A DNA stretch of 64,000 bases from Eledone cirrhosa (lineage: Eukaryota): assembly GCA_964016885.1 (NCBI GenBank), contig OZ024743.1, positions 378,076,001 to 378,140,000 on the forward strand, read 5' to 3'. The translations under genes and the position numbers were made by a program. Below, one piece after another: positions 22,601 to 35,039 of this stretch (positions are counted from its first letter, which is position 1; each line of letters begins with the position of its first letter). The notes below the pieces were generated by a model. The model did not search any database. It had not been told where the DNA came from and was given only the letters and a program-made list of their open reading frames with translations.

Positions 22601-25600
22601 GACCAGAATCTCCGAGGCATGGGCATTCGCACCCATTTTCAGCGGCTACGAGGTGTACACATCTCCAAGCCGTCCCGGATCTGGGGGGAGGGGAGTGGCC
22701 GTGTTGTTCTGGAAAAGTCTGGATCTCGAGATAAGGGCCGTCTTCTTGGACCCAGACGGTAAGTTGGTGGTACTGGACGTGACTAGTGGAGAAGGACAAG
22801 CTTTCAGGCTAGTGGCCGCCTATGCCCCAACAGGAGCAGGATGGCCTGAATTCTTCTGGCATCTGGAGACCTTTCTTGGAACGTCCCGCTCTCTAATGTT
22901 AGTAGGCAACTGGAACATTACAAACTTTTAAAGCAAAAATTCCCCAACGCAGTTGGAGACTTCAGAGGGTCAGTTACCAAGAGGATATACACCGAATCCT
23001 CTTGGAAACACCCATGACCAGCCAAAGGGAAGGTTCTACTGTCCCTTCACCACATGATCAAGGTAAGTGATCCTTTCTCATCCAACATGGCCGTACTTAG
23101 AATAGGCAGTATAAATGTACATGGCCTGGGGTCATCTTGGAAGCAGAGTCACCTGCTCAACGACCTCAGGTCACTAAATATAGATGTGGTGGCCATCAGC
23201 GAGACCAGAATCTCCGAAGCACGAGCCTTTGCACCGATCTTTGGCGGCTACGATGTATGTTGTTGACGATCGCACCCATCAACGCACGCTTAACTAATTC
23301 GCTAATCTGGTCTCTGTAAGCTTTGCGCGCCGGGAATAATGCATTCAGCTTCCAGTAGCCGGGCCCTTGCCTATGGAGTCTATCTAAGTCAACTTCATAG
23401 ATCATAAATTTGTGGTCCGTGCACTCGACTACTTTAAATTGTGGACAACCTACACTAGCATCTCCCTGCCGTCCAGCCATCTTCCCTGCCATACAAGCCA
23501 TCTTCCTGGACCCAGAAGGTAAGTCGGTGGTGTTGGACGTGACTGGCAGCAAAGGCAATGCTTTCAGGCTAGTAGCCGTCTATGCCCCAAATGGGGCAGG
23601 ACAGCCAGATTTCTTCAGACGTCTAGAGACCTTTCTTGGAACGTCCTGCTCTTTAGTGTTAGTGGGCAACTGGAACGGTATCTTAGATGCACACTGGGAT
23701 TATGTGGGGCTAGTAGACAAGGAAGGTGTAAAAGCCTCAACAACCTGCTCAGACGTTTTGAACTGTCTGACAGGTATAGACTGGATTATTCGAATGTGCC
23801 AATGTGGGCATGGGCAAACTGCATCGGGTCATCCAGATCGTATTTAGATAGGGTATTCTGTAGGGAAACATAAGGCTAGTGTAGGTTGTCCTCAATTTAA
23901 AGTAGTCGACTACACGGACCACAAATTTGTGACCTATGAAGTTGACTTAGATAGACTCCATAGGCAAGGGCCCGGCTACTGGCAGCTGAACGCGTCGTTC
24001 CCGGCGCGCAAAGCTTACAGAGACCGGATTAGCGAATTAGTTAAGCCTGCGTTGACGGGTGCAATCGTCAACAACAGGTGGTGGTTTACCCTGAAAAGGG
24101 CTATTAGAGTAGAATCGATAAGGTTTAGCAAAGGAGTAGTGATAGAGGAAAATAGAGTAGAGGGAGAGCTAGTCAGAAAGCTAGAAGAGGCGTTTAGGAC
24201 AGGCATCGCAACCGACGTGCTTACGGCGAGATTGGCACTCGACCAATTCTTCAACGCAAAGTATGAAGGCTGCGTTGTCGGAGCTCGAGCGTGTGCCCTA
24301 AAACACGAGGGGACGAAAGGCATTCAATGGGCCCGGGTGGTAAAAAGTTCACTATTCAGTCTTTGCCTGATTAAAACGGGCGTATGTTGCTCGAACCCAA
24401 GCAGATGTGTGCGGCTTTTCAACAGCACTTTGCTCAATTGTTCAGGAGTGGCGGTGGGCTGGATCGGAGTATGGACTAAGGTGCATACCTCGACGGACTG
24501 CCGCGGCTCTCGACGACCGCAGTGCAGTGCTGCGAAAAGCCGATAACAGCAGGTTAAATACAGGAAGCGATGTCTGACTGCAGGAGGGGTAAACCGCCAG
24601 GTTTGGATGCTCTACCCTACGAGCTTTATGCGTATATGCCAGACTTGTTCGGCGACCTCTTGGCAGATGTCTACTGCAATTGGCAGCATACGGAAGCATT
24701 CCCAGTTTTGTGAGCCAGAGAGTGGTGGCGCTGCTGAGAAAAGACCCTAACAAGGGGGACATTATAGACAACTTCAGGCCCATAACTCTGCTAAACGCAG
24801 CGTTTAAGATTTTGGCCAAGGTGTTAGCAAAGAGATTGGCGCTTGTCGTCAGTGACCTGGTGGGAGAGATGCATATATGCACCATCCACAACAACCTCCA
24901 TCTCATGCGATACATCATAGAGAGAGTGGTTAAGGAACCTGGCATGGGTGGGGCCCTGATCAACTTGGATCAATCTAAAGCATTTGATAGGGTCGACCAT
25001 CGGTACCTGGCTGCAGTCACCGAGGCGGCTGGCTTCGGGCCCGTTTTTAGGGGCTGGATCGCTGCGATGCACAGCGATATCTGCTCGATTGTGAGGGTGA
25101 ATGGTCACCTGTCACAGCGCTCGGTCCGCCAGCGTTGCCCCCTCTCGTCCCTCTTGTACGTACTGGCCCTAGAGCCATTACTGCACAGATTAAACACGAA
25201 CTGGGATACGCCGAAGAGGTCACCGTGGTGGTGTCGAGCACCAGACACGTCCAGATGCTCGGCACCGCTCTCAAGGAATACGAAGCGGTGACAAGAGCAA
25301 AGATAAACCAGGAAAAGTCAGTGGGCTTGCAACTCGGCACTTGGAGAGGCAAGTCCATGCCATCCGACAGCGTCGTAGGGCGCTGGACAGAAGGACCGGT
25401 TAAATTGCTCGGGGCCTGGTTCGGTCCGGACCTCCAGATGAAGAAAAACTGGAGCGAGATGACGAGCAGGGTGGCCTCTCTCACCCAGAAATGGGCTGAG
25501 AGGGGGCTGTCTCGGAAAGGTCGGGCGGAGGTGGCGTATGTGTACATAGCGTCCGTCATACCTTGCTCCCGCCCAACTCTGACCAAAATGGAGCGCCTTC

Positions 25601-28600
25601 TCTTCCACTTTTTGTGGAAGGGATGTGCTCCCATGGTCAGATGATCAATTTGCTGTCAACACCCACTGCGTGGAGGACTAGGCATGCCGTGACTAATGAT
25701 GCACAAACATGCGCTGAGGCTGCGACACCTCTGGTGCTTCCTTGACGGTGAACAGGTGTGGTTGCCGTTTGCCAGACACGCTGTTCCCCAGCTCGTCTCC
25801 TTGACAGAGCTGCAGTCCTGGATCAGGAAAAGACCGAGGGATAGCGCTTGGAAGCTGGAATGTCTCCAAGCACTCACCGCCCTCTACCAGCTGGGCACTA
25901 ATATCGGTGGAACATCCACCTCGGCGTTCTATAGAGGGCTAGTGGAGGGAAAGAGTGACAACGTTCTTGGGGAGACCCTGGGCGTCGAAGATGTTCAGCT
26001 GTTCGCTCTCTTCAGGAAAACTTTCAGACCGGGGCCTATGGACAACTTCCAGAAATCCCTGGCCTGGGAGTGTTACCAAGGAGCGTTGCCGGTTCGGGAT
26101 AAGCTCTACAGGCACGGAGGTGCTGTCAGCCGAGCCTGTCCGAGATGCGCGCAGGGCGACGAAACCGTCCTGCATGCACTCGTTCAGTGCCCGAGGATTG
26201 CTGACTTGTGGAGCTATGTCAAGCAGCTGCTGTCGTGTGTAGGACGGATCCGGTTATCGACTGAATCCAATTAGCAGATAGCCCCGCCATCCTCCTTTAA
26301 AGAGGAGGAAGGGCAGGCAGTTTTCATCTGCCTGGTGGCCATGGCGAAAGAGAATGTGTGGTGGACAAGGTTGAAGACAGACACTTTCTTCTCCGGCCAA
26401 TCCCTGATTAACTTTTTCAAGTTTCACTTGAAGAGGAAAATGAGGGTGGAGAGGCAAGTGCTGTCTTCAAGTAAGTTTGTTGAAAGGTGGGTGAAAGTGG
26501 CAAGTCTGGTCCAAGTGAACGGGCCCGCTCTGAGTATGCGCCTGTAGACTGAGGGGTGGGAAAACTGAGAGGGGGCGCTTGCCCTGGTGGTCAGGGTGGC
26601 TGTGGTCTTTTGTGTGGTTTTCACCAGTGACCCTCGGAGGTTACCCCCTATTTGGGGAATTTTTGTTGTTTGAATTTTTTGGGATTTCTAGCTCAATTTT
26701 GTTATAACCTGTTTACACGACCAAAGCCCATTTTGTATCGTCCTGTACCGTCTCTAATGTTTTTCTTCATGTCAGCCCTTGTGGCCAATAAAGAAATTAT
26801 TATCATTATTATTATTAAGAGAAAATGAAATTTGGTTAAATTAACATCATTCTATTACAACTCACACTAATTACTTTAAAATGATTCACATATTTGACCT
26901 TTATAAAAAATAAAAGAATTATAACTGATATTTAAGAAAATGTGTATTTGTATGTGTGTGTGTGTACCTGCATAATTGTGTTTGTGTAACTGAATAAGCA
27001 TGCCAACATCTTCCATATGAATATATATGGATATCATGTATGTGTCATTTCTGAAAATACAAGAGCAGCATCATTTAACTATCTTTACAGTGAGTGACAA
27101 TTGAGATGAGTTGAGAGGAGTTGAGATGATGCTAATCTTAGACAGAACTGGTTGAATGCATTTCAGGCAGTTTTCGCATTTATTAGAGAGGTTTCTCTTG
27201 TCCAGGTTCTCTTTATGTCAGATGATAAGCAAAGGTTGAGATGAGATTTAAGTGGTTTATCTTGCCTGAGTTCTGTCTGTATCAGATGATAGGCAAAGGT
27301 TGAGCTGAGATTTAAGTCACCTTGGGTTGTCCATGCACTCATCAAGGGACTTTTCTCACCTGGATTTCCCTGGGTCAGAGCAAAGACAAAGCCTGTATGC
27401 CACAGAGAAATAACCAAATGCATAAGCTGCTAAGAGAGTCAGCAATGATGGACTCAAAAGCCTTAATGGGCCCCTGCTTTGTTAGTTAGTTTGATCATCA
27501 TCACTGATCACTGTTTAATGTCTATTTTTCATGCTTGCATGGGTTAGACAGATTGTCACATACTGAAGCTCAACTGGTCAGGTGGCCATGTTTTGCTCGT
27601 TTACTCTGTTTTGGGCCTCGTTTCTACTGCTGGACACTCTTCCTAACACCTACCACTCTACACTGTGTACTGAAGGTATTTTATTATAACTTCAGGACTC
27701 CCACATTACAATGTGTGTGTGTACATGTAAGTATATGAATGAGTAGAGTTTGTCAACTAAGTATGCATAATACCAAAAATTAGAGAACTCAATATTGTAA
27801 GTAGAGTGAAATATTTAATTTAGATACTGCAAAGTTCAACTGAGAACAGATATAGTCAGTTTCTTCTGCATGAGTTAGATGAGTTGTCTCATTGTGAGAC
27901 AAGTCAGATCAGATGACCATGTCTTTCTCATACAGAACTGTTTCTGGCTTGGTTTCTACAGCTGGATGCCCTTCCTAATGCCAACCACATTTACAGCATG
28001 GACTGGATGCTTTTTATCATGGCAACAAAACAACCAACTGACAGGTTGGACTAGGTGTTTTTTGCCATGTCACCAACACAACCACATTACAGGGTGGGTT
28101 GGGTGTTCTTTTCTCCTGTCACCAGCATGATTCATGATAAGAAACTGATTATTTGGTAGAGTGTCATGACAATCTGATTAATATTATGAAACTGTCAGTA
28201 AACCGCATCAACCAATTATCATATACAGGGTCGGCCATAATTAGCTTACTAGCTTACTGTTATGAAATGTGAATAAATAACAAACAATATAATGATATTC
28301 AAAATATTAAGAGCTGGAACAAATACTGCATGACATTGTATTCAAAACTTTAATGACTCCACCAGTTCACTGTTCTAGCCTGTTGTTTTATTTAGCAACA
28401 TCTGGAAGGATCAAAGGCATAGTTGACTCCAGCAGGATTTGAACCCAGAACACAAGTAACAAGAGTAAACACAGCAAAGTATTTAATCTGATTCTTTAAT
28501 ACTTCTGCCAACTCCTCACCTTCAATTTGTAGTTGAAACAAATTAATTTGATTGGGCAGTTGTTTCCACCATTTTTTCAACAATCAGGTTAATCCTATTG

Positions 28601-31600
28601 ATACCAACCCACACAAAACTGCCTCTCTTTCTATGAAATAAAACCACACATTCTAAAGCTTTTCTATTAAAATTAATAAAAACTTCTAACATAATTTTAT
28701 ATAAGAACATTTTAATAAAATACCATCTTAATGAAATTATAATTTTCTTCTTCTTCGCGCACTTACTCCTTCCAGTGGGCCCTGTCAGAAGCAACAGTCT
28801 CCAACTGATCCAGCTGGATCCCCAAGCAAGACCAGCCAAGCTCATGGATGTAATCCAATCCCCCTTGCTCAAAGTCTACCCATTGGTTTCCTGCCAGTTG
28901 GTTAATTAATTAAAATAAAAAAGTATTTCCTCAGAAATATGGTAACAAAAGGTTTAATCATATTAATCATAGAACCTATTTGAAGCAATATTTACAGCCA
29001 GATGCCTTTCCTGGCACCAACTCATTTTAGTCATCTCTTACGAGACTAACAGTTACAGTGTACCCATTCTAAACCAGATGCACACAGTATATTATACAAC
29101 TACACTTCATTAAACAATAAAACAATACCTGAGGATTCTTACCTTAATGACACCAATTATGGTTGTTGTAAGAGCTGAATTGTAAGATGTACACATGACA
29201 ATGGAAAAATTTAGAATAAACCCCATAATACAAGATAGTATAAAATAAAGAACAAAGAGGTGATCTGACCAAAGTGGAAAAGAAACTATCTGAAATTAGA
29301 AAACAAAAATAAAATTAATTTAAAAACATTAAATTAACACTTTTGTGACCGAAAAAAGTCTAACATCTTAGTGTTTTAATTATCATAAAAATAAAAAAAT
29401 TATGAAAGTTTTAGTGAAATAACTAACATTCAACTTAATAAAAGACATATTTCTTCTCTTTTTTCACCCACATATTCCTGAGAGGGTCGTAGAGGCAGAG
29501 TCCTTAAACACTCCTTCCAGTGGGTTCTGTCAGAAGCAATTGTCTTCAACTGATCTGGCTGGATCCCCAAGCAAGATCAGTCAAGCTCATGGATGTTATC
29601 CAACCATCTTGCTTGGAGTCTATCATTGGGTCTCCTGCCAGTTGGTTTTCTTCATAAAATCTGTGCAGCAATTCTTTCCTGAGACATTCTAACCACATCT
29701 CCATAGTATCGGAGCTGTGATCATTCAGTTCGGAGAAGTAGCAGCTCTACCTGGAGCAACTCTCTGATCTCCGAGCTACACACTCTATCAAGTCATCATG
29801 ATCCTTTGTCATTGCCTCTGTGAGTTTCAGTGATTTGAGGTTAGCTCTCACAACCTCTGTCCAGGTCTTTTTTGGTCTACCTCTACCATGATTTCGTTCC
29901 ACTGGCATTTCCAGGCATTTCTTCACCCATCAATCATTATCCATGCACATCACATGTCCAAACCAACTCAGTCTTTTCTCCTGAACACCACCTCAAATTC
30001 CTCTTAAAGCCTGCCTCTCTCTCACACTTACATTGCACATCCAACAGAACATAGTTGCTTTATTTCTCTCCAGACTATGCACATCCTCCAGTCACAGCCC
30101 ATGTTTCACTACCACACAGCAACGCACTTCACACACAGGCGTCATACAGTTGTCCTTTTGTAGGTAAAGAGAAACCTTTTGTGGTCAGCAGTGGAAGTAG
30201 TTCTCTGAACTTTTTCCATTCCATCTTTATTCTAGCTATTATGCTCTCAGAGCACCACCACCCCCATTGCTAATTACATTGCCTAAATAGCAGAAGTTAT
30301 CAACCACTTCTATGGGTCCTTCCTGTGACTGGAATAGGCTTACATTACTGGTTATCTTCCCTGCGGTTATCTCTGTGCATCTTCTATTAACAAAGCCTTT
30401 CCTTCCTGTTAGTCTACCTGTAATCTCACTACATCTCTTGTGTACCCAAATGTACATTGTGTACTTCGTGTAAAGTTTATGCCTACATATTGTGCAGGCC
30501 ACTTCCCTGAAGGAATCAGAGTCCTATCTTCTCTCCTAATCACTAGCACTTTAGTTTTGGCTAAGTTTACTCTTAGGCCTTTTGATTCCAAATTTTGTTT
30601 CCATAGTCGGAACTTGTTTTTGAAGCAATTTCCAGTTGGAACTTATGACAAAGGAATTTCCAGCACAGCCTCCCTCTATATTATATGTTCTTTATCATCT
30701 CTACTCTGAGGTTCAACATTTTCAGATTTTCCTAACCACTTCTGCCCAGAGAAAGAATAATTAATACTTACATCATCTAAACCTCCTGTAACATGTGCAA
30801 TAATTGTAGCTGGAATTAACATAAATAAACTATTGTAGAACAGCAAACCATTCTTCCCAAGTTCCTGAAAGAAATGAAAAATAGAAGACAATTTTTGAAA
30901 TATCTTTACTAATTTTCCCCAGACATAATAAAGTACCAGTCTAGTACTGGGGTTGATTCTTTCTCTATATCTCTTTCTCACTTCCTTTCTTTCACTCTCT
31001 ATCCTTCTCTGGAAGAAATCTGCTGTACTCAGGCCTAGAGAGGGGATGGGCTCCACCAGGTTTAAAAATGCCCTAAGAAACGCCGTATGTTGACATGGAG
31101 CCCCTACAACTCCTTTAAAAGTTATGGGTCCATACCATAATAAATGAATTTTTGTAAATAAACTCAAATTTTAAAACAAAAAAAAAAATGTTTTTATAGA
31201 ATTCTTTATAGGTGCAGGCATTGACTGTGTGGTTATGAAGTCTGCCCTGCAATCATGTGGCTAGGAGTTCAATTCTAATTCCGAAATATATACGAAGGAG
31301 AATAATCATTATTGCAAGGTATCTATATTCAAAATTCTTGTTAAATTTTAATATGCTACCTCTGTAACTATGTGTGTTTACACTCTTTACAAATTATCCC
31401 CTGTCAATGTTTGATATGTTTATTTTATATATATATGTCAATCGACCTTTAATTTAATTTTTAATCAGTGCTCGGATTTATTCCTTGAAATCTCTGAAAT
31501 TCTAAAGGTGGTATGGCGCATGTCTTCTCAGACATGACATCTATAATTTTGTTAGTATATCATCATCATCATCGTTTAACGTCCATGTTCCACGCTTGCA

Positions 31601-34134
31601 TGGGTTTGGACTGGAGTTTTCCCACTTGAGGCAAGAGTGGTTGTCTTGCTCACATAGGACTGTCTGGCGGGTTTTCTACAGCTGGATGCCCTTCCTAACA
31701 CCAACCACATTTACAGTGTGGGGCTGGGAGATTTTTACCGTGTTGCCTACACGGCCACATTACAGCGTGGACTGTGTGTTTTTTTGTCATGACACCTACA
31801 CGATCTCATTTGTTTCGGCCTGGATGTTGTGGCACCAATATAACTTTACATTGAAAGGGCCGGTGTGGATGGGGTGGGGTGGTGGGACGGGGGTGTATTT
31901 TGTTAGAGATGCCTACTGACTGTAGTAGGTTTTACTTTGTATTTAGGTAAGGCGGGTCTTCTCTATTACTGAGTACCGCCAAAGGTCTCGGTCCAGTGAC
32001 ATTGTCTTGGTGAGGTGTAAGTGTGTGAGGTCGGAGTTTATCAGCTCGTCCCAGGTTTTTCTGGGTCTGCCTATTCCGTGGCTACCGTCTATCTTTATTG
32101 CCCTGCCCTTTGTTATACAGCTGTCGTCTTTCATGCGCATCACGTGACCATACCAACGTAGCCTTCTCTCGAGTAAACAACATCTGATCCCTCTTATTTC
32201 TAATTTTTTCCTTAGTTCGTTTATGCTTTGCCGTTCACGTATATTACTATTACACATCCAGCGGAGCATGCAAGCTTCGTTCCTCTCTAGTCTGCGTATA
32301 TCCTCTGCACACAATGCCCAGGTCTCACTGCCATGCAACATTGATGTTCGTATGCAGGCATCATACAACCTGCCTTTCATTTTTAGGGAGAACCCTTTAG
32401 CGGCTAATAGTGGTATAAGCTCTCTGAACTTTTTCCATCCAGTTCTGACTCTAGCTACTGTACTTTCAGAGCACCCTCCCCCACTGCTGATTTTGTCACC
32501 CAGGTAACGGAAGCTGTCCACTATTTCTATAGAACCCTCTGCGCAATTGAAAGAGCTAGTATTTGTGGGCACTTGCTGCTACTTATTGCACCAGAGCACC
32601 GGCCACATGTAAAATCTATGTTCTTAGTTAGCTTACCTGTGATCCCACTACATCTTTTATGCACCCATACTTTGCATTTGGGACATAATATGGAGTTTGT
32701 ACCTACGCCTTTCCTACACACTGAGCATGGCCATTTCCCGGATGGGACCGGCGCCTTATTTTCTTTCCTACAAACTAGAACTTTAGTCTTAGCCAGGTTA
32801 ATTTTAAGGCCTTTTGATTCTAGGCCGTGTTTCCATGTTTGGAATTTCTTCTCTAGCTCGGCCATTGATTCAGCTATGAGCGTTAGATCATCTGTGTATA
32901 GGAGTTCCCATGGGCAGCCGGTCTTGAGCTCCAGTGTTATAGCCTGAAGGGCAATAATAAATAGTAGGGGGCTAAGAACAGAGCCCTGATGAACACCAAC
33001 TTTTACGCTAAACTCTTCACTATATTCGTTGTTAATTCTATCCTTGCTGACTGTTTCTTTATACATGGCTTGTATAGCTCTCACAAGCCATTCGTCAACA
33101 CCTAGTTTTCTAAGAGCCCACCAGATAATGGAACGGGGGACTCTGTCGAAGGCTTTCTCCAAGTCGACAAAAGCTAAGTATAGGGGTTTACTTTTAGCTA
33201 GGTACTTCTCCTGTAGTTGTCGTACAATGAAAAGAGCGTCTGTGGTACTTTTGCGTGACACAAACCCGAACTGCATTTCATCTAGATCAATTCTCTTTCT
33301 GATTAGTTGTGCTATTACTTTTTCCGTGACCTTCATGACCTGGTCGATTAATTTAATGCCTCTATAGTTACTCCTATCTAGGGCATCTCCTTTACCCTTG
33401 TAACAGTTAATGATGATGCTGCTATGCCAGTCCTTCGGAACAACCCCATTCTGTATGACTTGGTTAACTATCCGGGTGACCATGGTGTGTCTCACCCTTC
33501 CAGAGGCTTTCAGCCTCTCAGCAACTATTTCCGAAGGCCCAGCCGCCTTACCCGTCTTCATATCTTTGATTGCCTTACTTATTATACTACCTTCGACTAA
33601 CACTGCTGGTCGATCTATTGGGTCGATGTGGGGGAGACTGTCTTTCTCCCATTTATTCTCCTCATTTAGTAGCCTTTCGTAGTAACACTTCCAAGCTACC
33701 TTCTTATCAGCGTCACTGATGGCAAGTACACCATCAACATTTAGGACACACTTCTCCCCGACAATATCACGGTTTTCCTTGACACATTGTCTAGCAATCC
33801 TGAACACCTCACGTTTTTGGTCCTCGCGTTGTAGAACATGCTTGAACTTTCTTTCCTCTGCTTCCCTTCTTGCGAAGTACACTTGTCTCCTAGCTTCCCT
33901 CCTGGCCACTTGATAGTCTTCTCTACTTCCCCCATCCCGCCATATATATATATGTATATATGTGTATGTATATATATATATATTTGTCAAAATGTTAAAA
34001 ATAAATGATGTGATAAAATGCAAAATCTTACCTTTGCATCTAATTTCTTTTTAGTATAAACTCCATTGAGAGCAGTGAAGAAATCATTTACAAGTATAAA
34101 AATATAACCTACAAGGTCGAAGGCCAAATCAGAG
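19562..34134 (-). CDS. SLC35D1: SLC35D1/SLC35D2-like UDP-sugar (nucleotide-sugar) transporter, 3' part: 5 coding exons, join(34134-34032,30864-30772,29289-29143,22110-22028,19646-19562). 5' exons lie outside the window.
   Basis: Spliced by hand: 511 nt = 1 nt + 169 codons + TAA, all introns GT-AG with consistent phases. Protein [52 protein letters not shown]...[72 protein letters not shown] matches from memory the C-terminal half of SLC35D1/D2 (fly frc, worm sqv-7). D1 versus D2 orthology cannot be resolved here. Confidence 0.93.
19716..19913. mobile_element. piggyBac-like MITE
   Basis: TTAA|CCCATTAGCATTTA ... TAAATGCTAAAGGG|TAAA. Confidence 0.75.
21201..21414 (-). mobile_element. Core SINE flanked by a 26-bp direct repeat
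   Basis: CTAATTTCTCATTATATAATAATAAT at 21175-21200 and 21415-21440. Confidence 0.85.
21445..21870 (-). mobile_element. CR1-clade LINE 3' fragment
   Basis: ORF 21603..21848 ([12 protein letters not shown]...[15 protein letters not shown]....SFK) matches the CR1-type C-terminal TRGH...WN.LP..VV motif. A 3'UTR follows. Confidence 0.8.
22028..22110 (-). CDS. SLC35D1: SLC35D-like internal exon (83 nt): [27 protein letters not shown](S)
   Basis: Acceptor ttttttccag|AATCTT and donor ATAAG|gtaagt (phase 2). GGDYIF motif. Confidence 0.93.
22250..26817 (+). mobile_element. L1/Tx1-clade LINE, rearranged and frameshifted, antisense in an SLC35D intron
   Basis: APE endonuclease (IGSINARGL...ETR...VYAP...GNWN...TDHK...GPGYW), RT ([49 protein letters not shown]) and CCHC knuckle CPRC...[16 protein letters not shown] at about 26788 followed by an (ATT)n tail. 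GC-rich relative to the flanks. Confidence 0.93.
27205..27318. repeat. Two-copy ~63-bp tandem duplication
   Basis: TCAGATGATARGCAAAGGTTGAGMTGAGATTTAAGT occurs twice. Confidence 0.75.
27495..28130 (-). mobile_element. RTE 3'UTR-derived fragments (a similar one is at 4725-4870)
   Basis: GCTGGATGCCCTTCCTAATGCCAACC motif and (CAT)n tail remnants. Confidence 0.7.
28745..28902 (-). mobile_element. 3' end of a second RTE-like LINE family; a paralogous copy is at 29505-29790
   Basis: CTCCTTCCAGTGGG...GCTGGATCCCCAAGCAAGA...AAGCTCATGGATG is repeated on both sides of the 147-nt exon. Confidence 0.65.
29143..29289 (-). CDS. SLC35D1: SLC35D-like internal exon (147 nt): [49 protein letters not shown]
   Basis: Acceptor ctaatttcag|ATAGTT and donor ATTAAG|gtaaga. 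Not in the ORF track; translated by hand. Contains the NSALTT motif. Confidence 0.93.
29795..30665 (-). mobile_element. Old RTE LINE fragment (late RT, PHD-like finger, C-terminus)
   Basis: ORFs 30409..30591 ([15 protein letters not shown]) and 30239..30502 (WVHKRCS...VDNFCYLG) parallel the 31.9-32.9 kb element. Confidence 0.85.
30772..30864 (-). CDS. SLC35D1: SLC35D-like internal exon (93 nt): [31 protein letters not shown]
   Basis: Acceptor tttctttcag|GAACTT and donor GATGAT|gtaagt, phase 0/0. Contained in ORF 30676..31167. Confidence 0.93.
31559..33942 (-). mobile_element. 5'-truncated RTE (BovB-like) LINE: RT domain, C-terminus, 3'UTR, (GAT)n tail. One frameshift near 32570. Sense orientation in an SLC35D intron.
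   Basis: ORFs 32527..34023 and 31943..32572 contain [52 protein letters not shown] and GRPRKTW. Both junctions are in TA-rich tracts. Confidence 0.96.
34032..34134 (-). CDS. SLC35D1: SLC35D-like internal exon (103 nt): [34 protein letters not shown]
   Basis: Minus-strand acceptor tatcttcag|CTCTGAT and donor GCAAAG|gtaaga. Contained in ORF 33987..34298. Confidence 0.93.
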
Positions 34135-35039
34135 CTGAAGATACACAAAATAATACAATAATACATGAGAACAATATTTCTAATAAGAAATGCATATTGT
34201 ATGTATATATATATATACTGAGAGAGAGAGAGAAAGAGAAATAGTATATATAATAACAGGGATGTACATGAATGCATATATGATATCATCATCATCATTT
34301 TAATGTCTGCTTTCCCTGCTAGTAAAGGTTGGACATGATATGTTTATCTATAATAAACATAAACACCCCTATTAAGAACAATGCTATGTTAGTGCTACTA
34401 TTAAATAATATACAATTTATGAGGTTTGTTGAAAGAGTATCCAACAGCTTTGAACTCATTTCTTCTATTAACATTTTGATGAATGGATTTTATACCGAAA
34501 TATAAAAGACCTATAATGAACTGCAAAATAACATCCCAACATCATTGTTATCATCATATTTTTAACATTTATCATCCAATTCACATTGTGACAGTATTCA
34601 AACAAAACACTATTTTCTTGACGTTACACAATGCTTCATGCAAACTGCAGTGGCCTCTTATCTAACTTTAATTTTTCCTGTGGGATGTGATAACATTAGG
34701 GAGACAAAAACGTGCAGAGTAGAGTGGCATACATCCTTGCACATGCATGGTGTTTGCTGAGCTCACTGGATGTATCAGTTGGAGTTGATAAAACAAAGTA
34801 ATAGTTCCATGGTGGAATGGTTAGAGCATCAGACAAGATGCCTTGTTATACTTGTTCTGGTACTTTGCATTCTGACTCATATGGTGGTGGTGGTGCTGAT
34901 GATAATGATGATCATGATGATGTTGGGTCAGTTACAACCTTGCCAGATATTAGAAGAGGGATAGTAGTTGAGGTCTTTTAGATTGTCAGAGTTTTTACAG
35001 TTTTCCACTGAGAGGAAAAAGGCAGTTATCAGATACAAT

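Noticed and set aside
28226-28260. TA|CAGGGTCGGCCATAATTAGC as a mariner-type terminus
   Set aside because: No matching opposite TIR was found nearby, so it is at most a solo end.
32527-34134. SLC35D-RTE fusion protein by read-through from the 103-nt exon
   Set aside because: The exon frame stops at 33987 in the intron. The RTE ORF extension to 34023 is just an open TA microsatellite in another frame.
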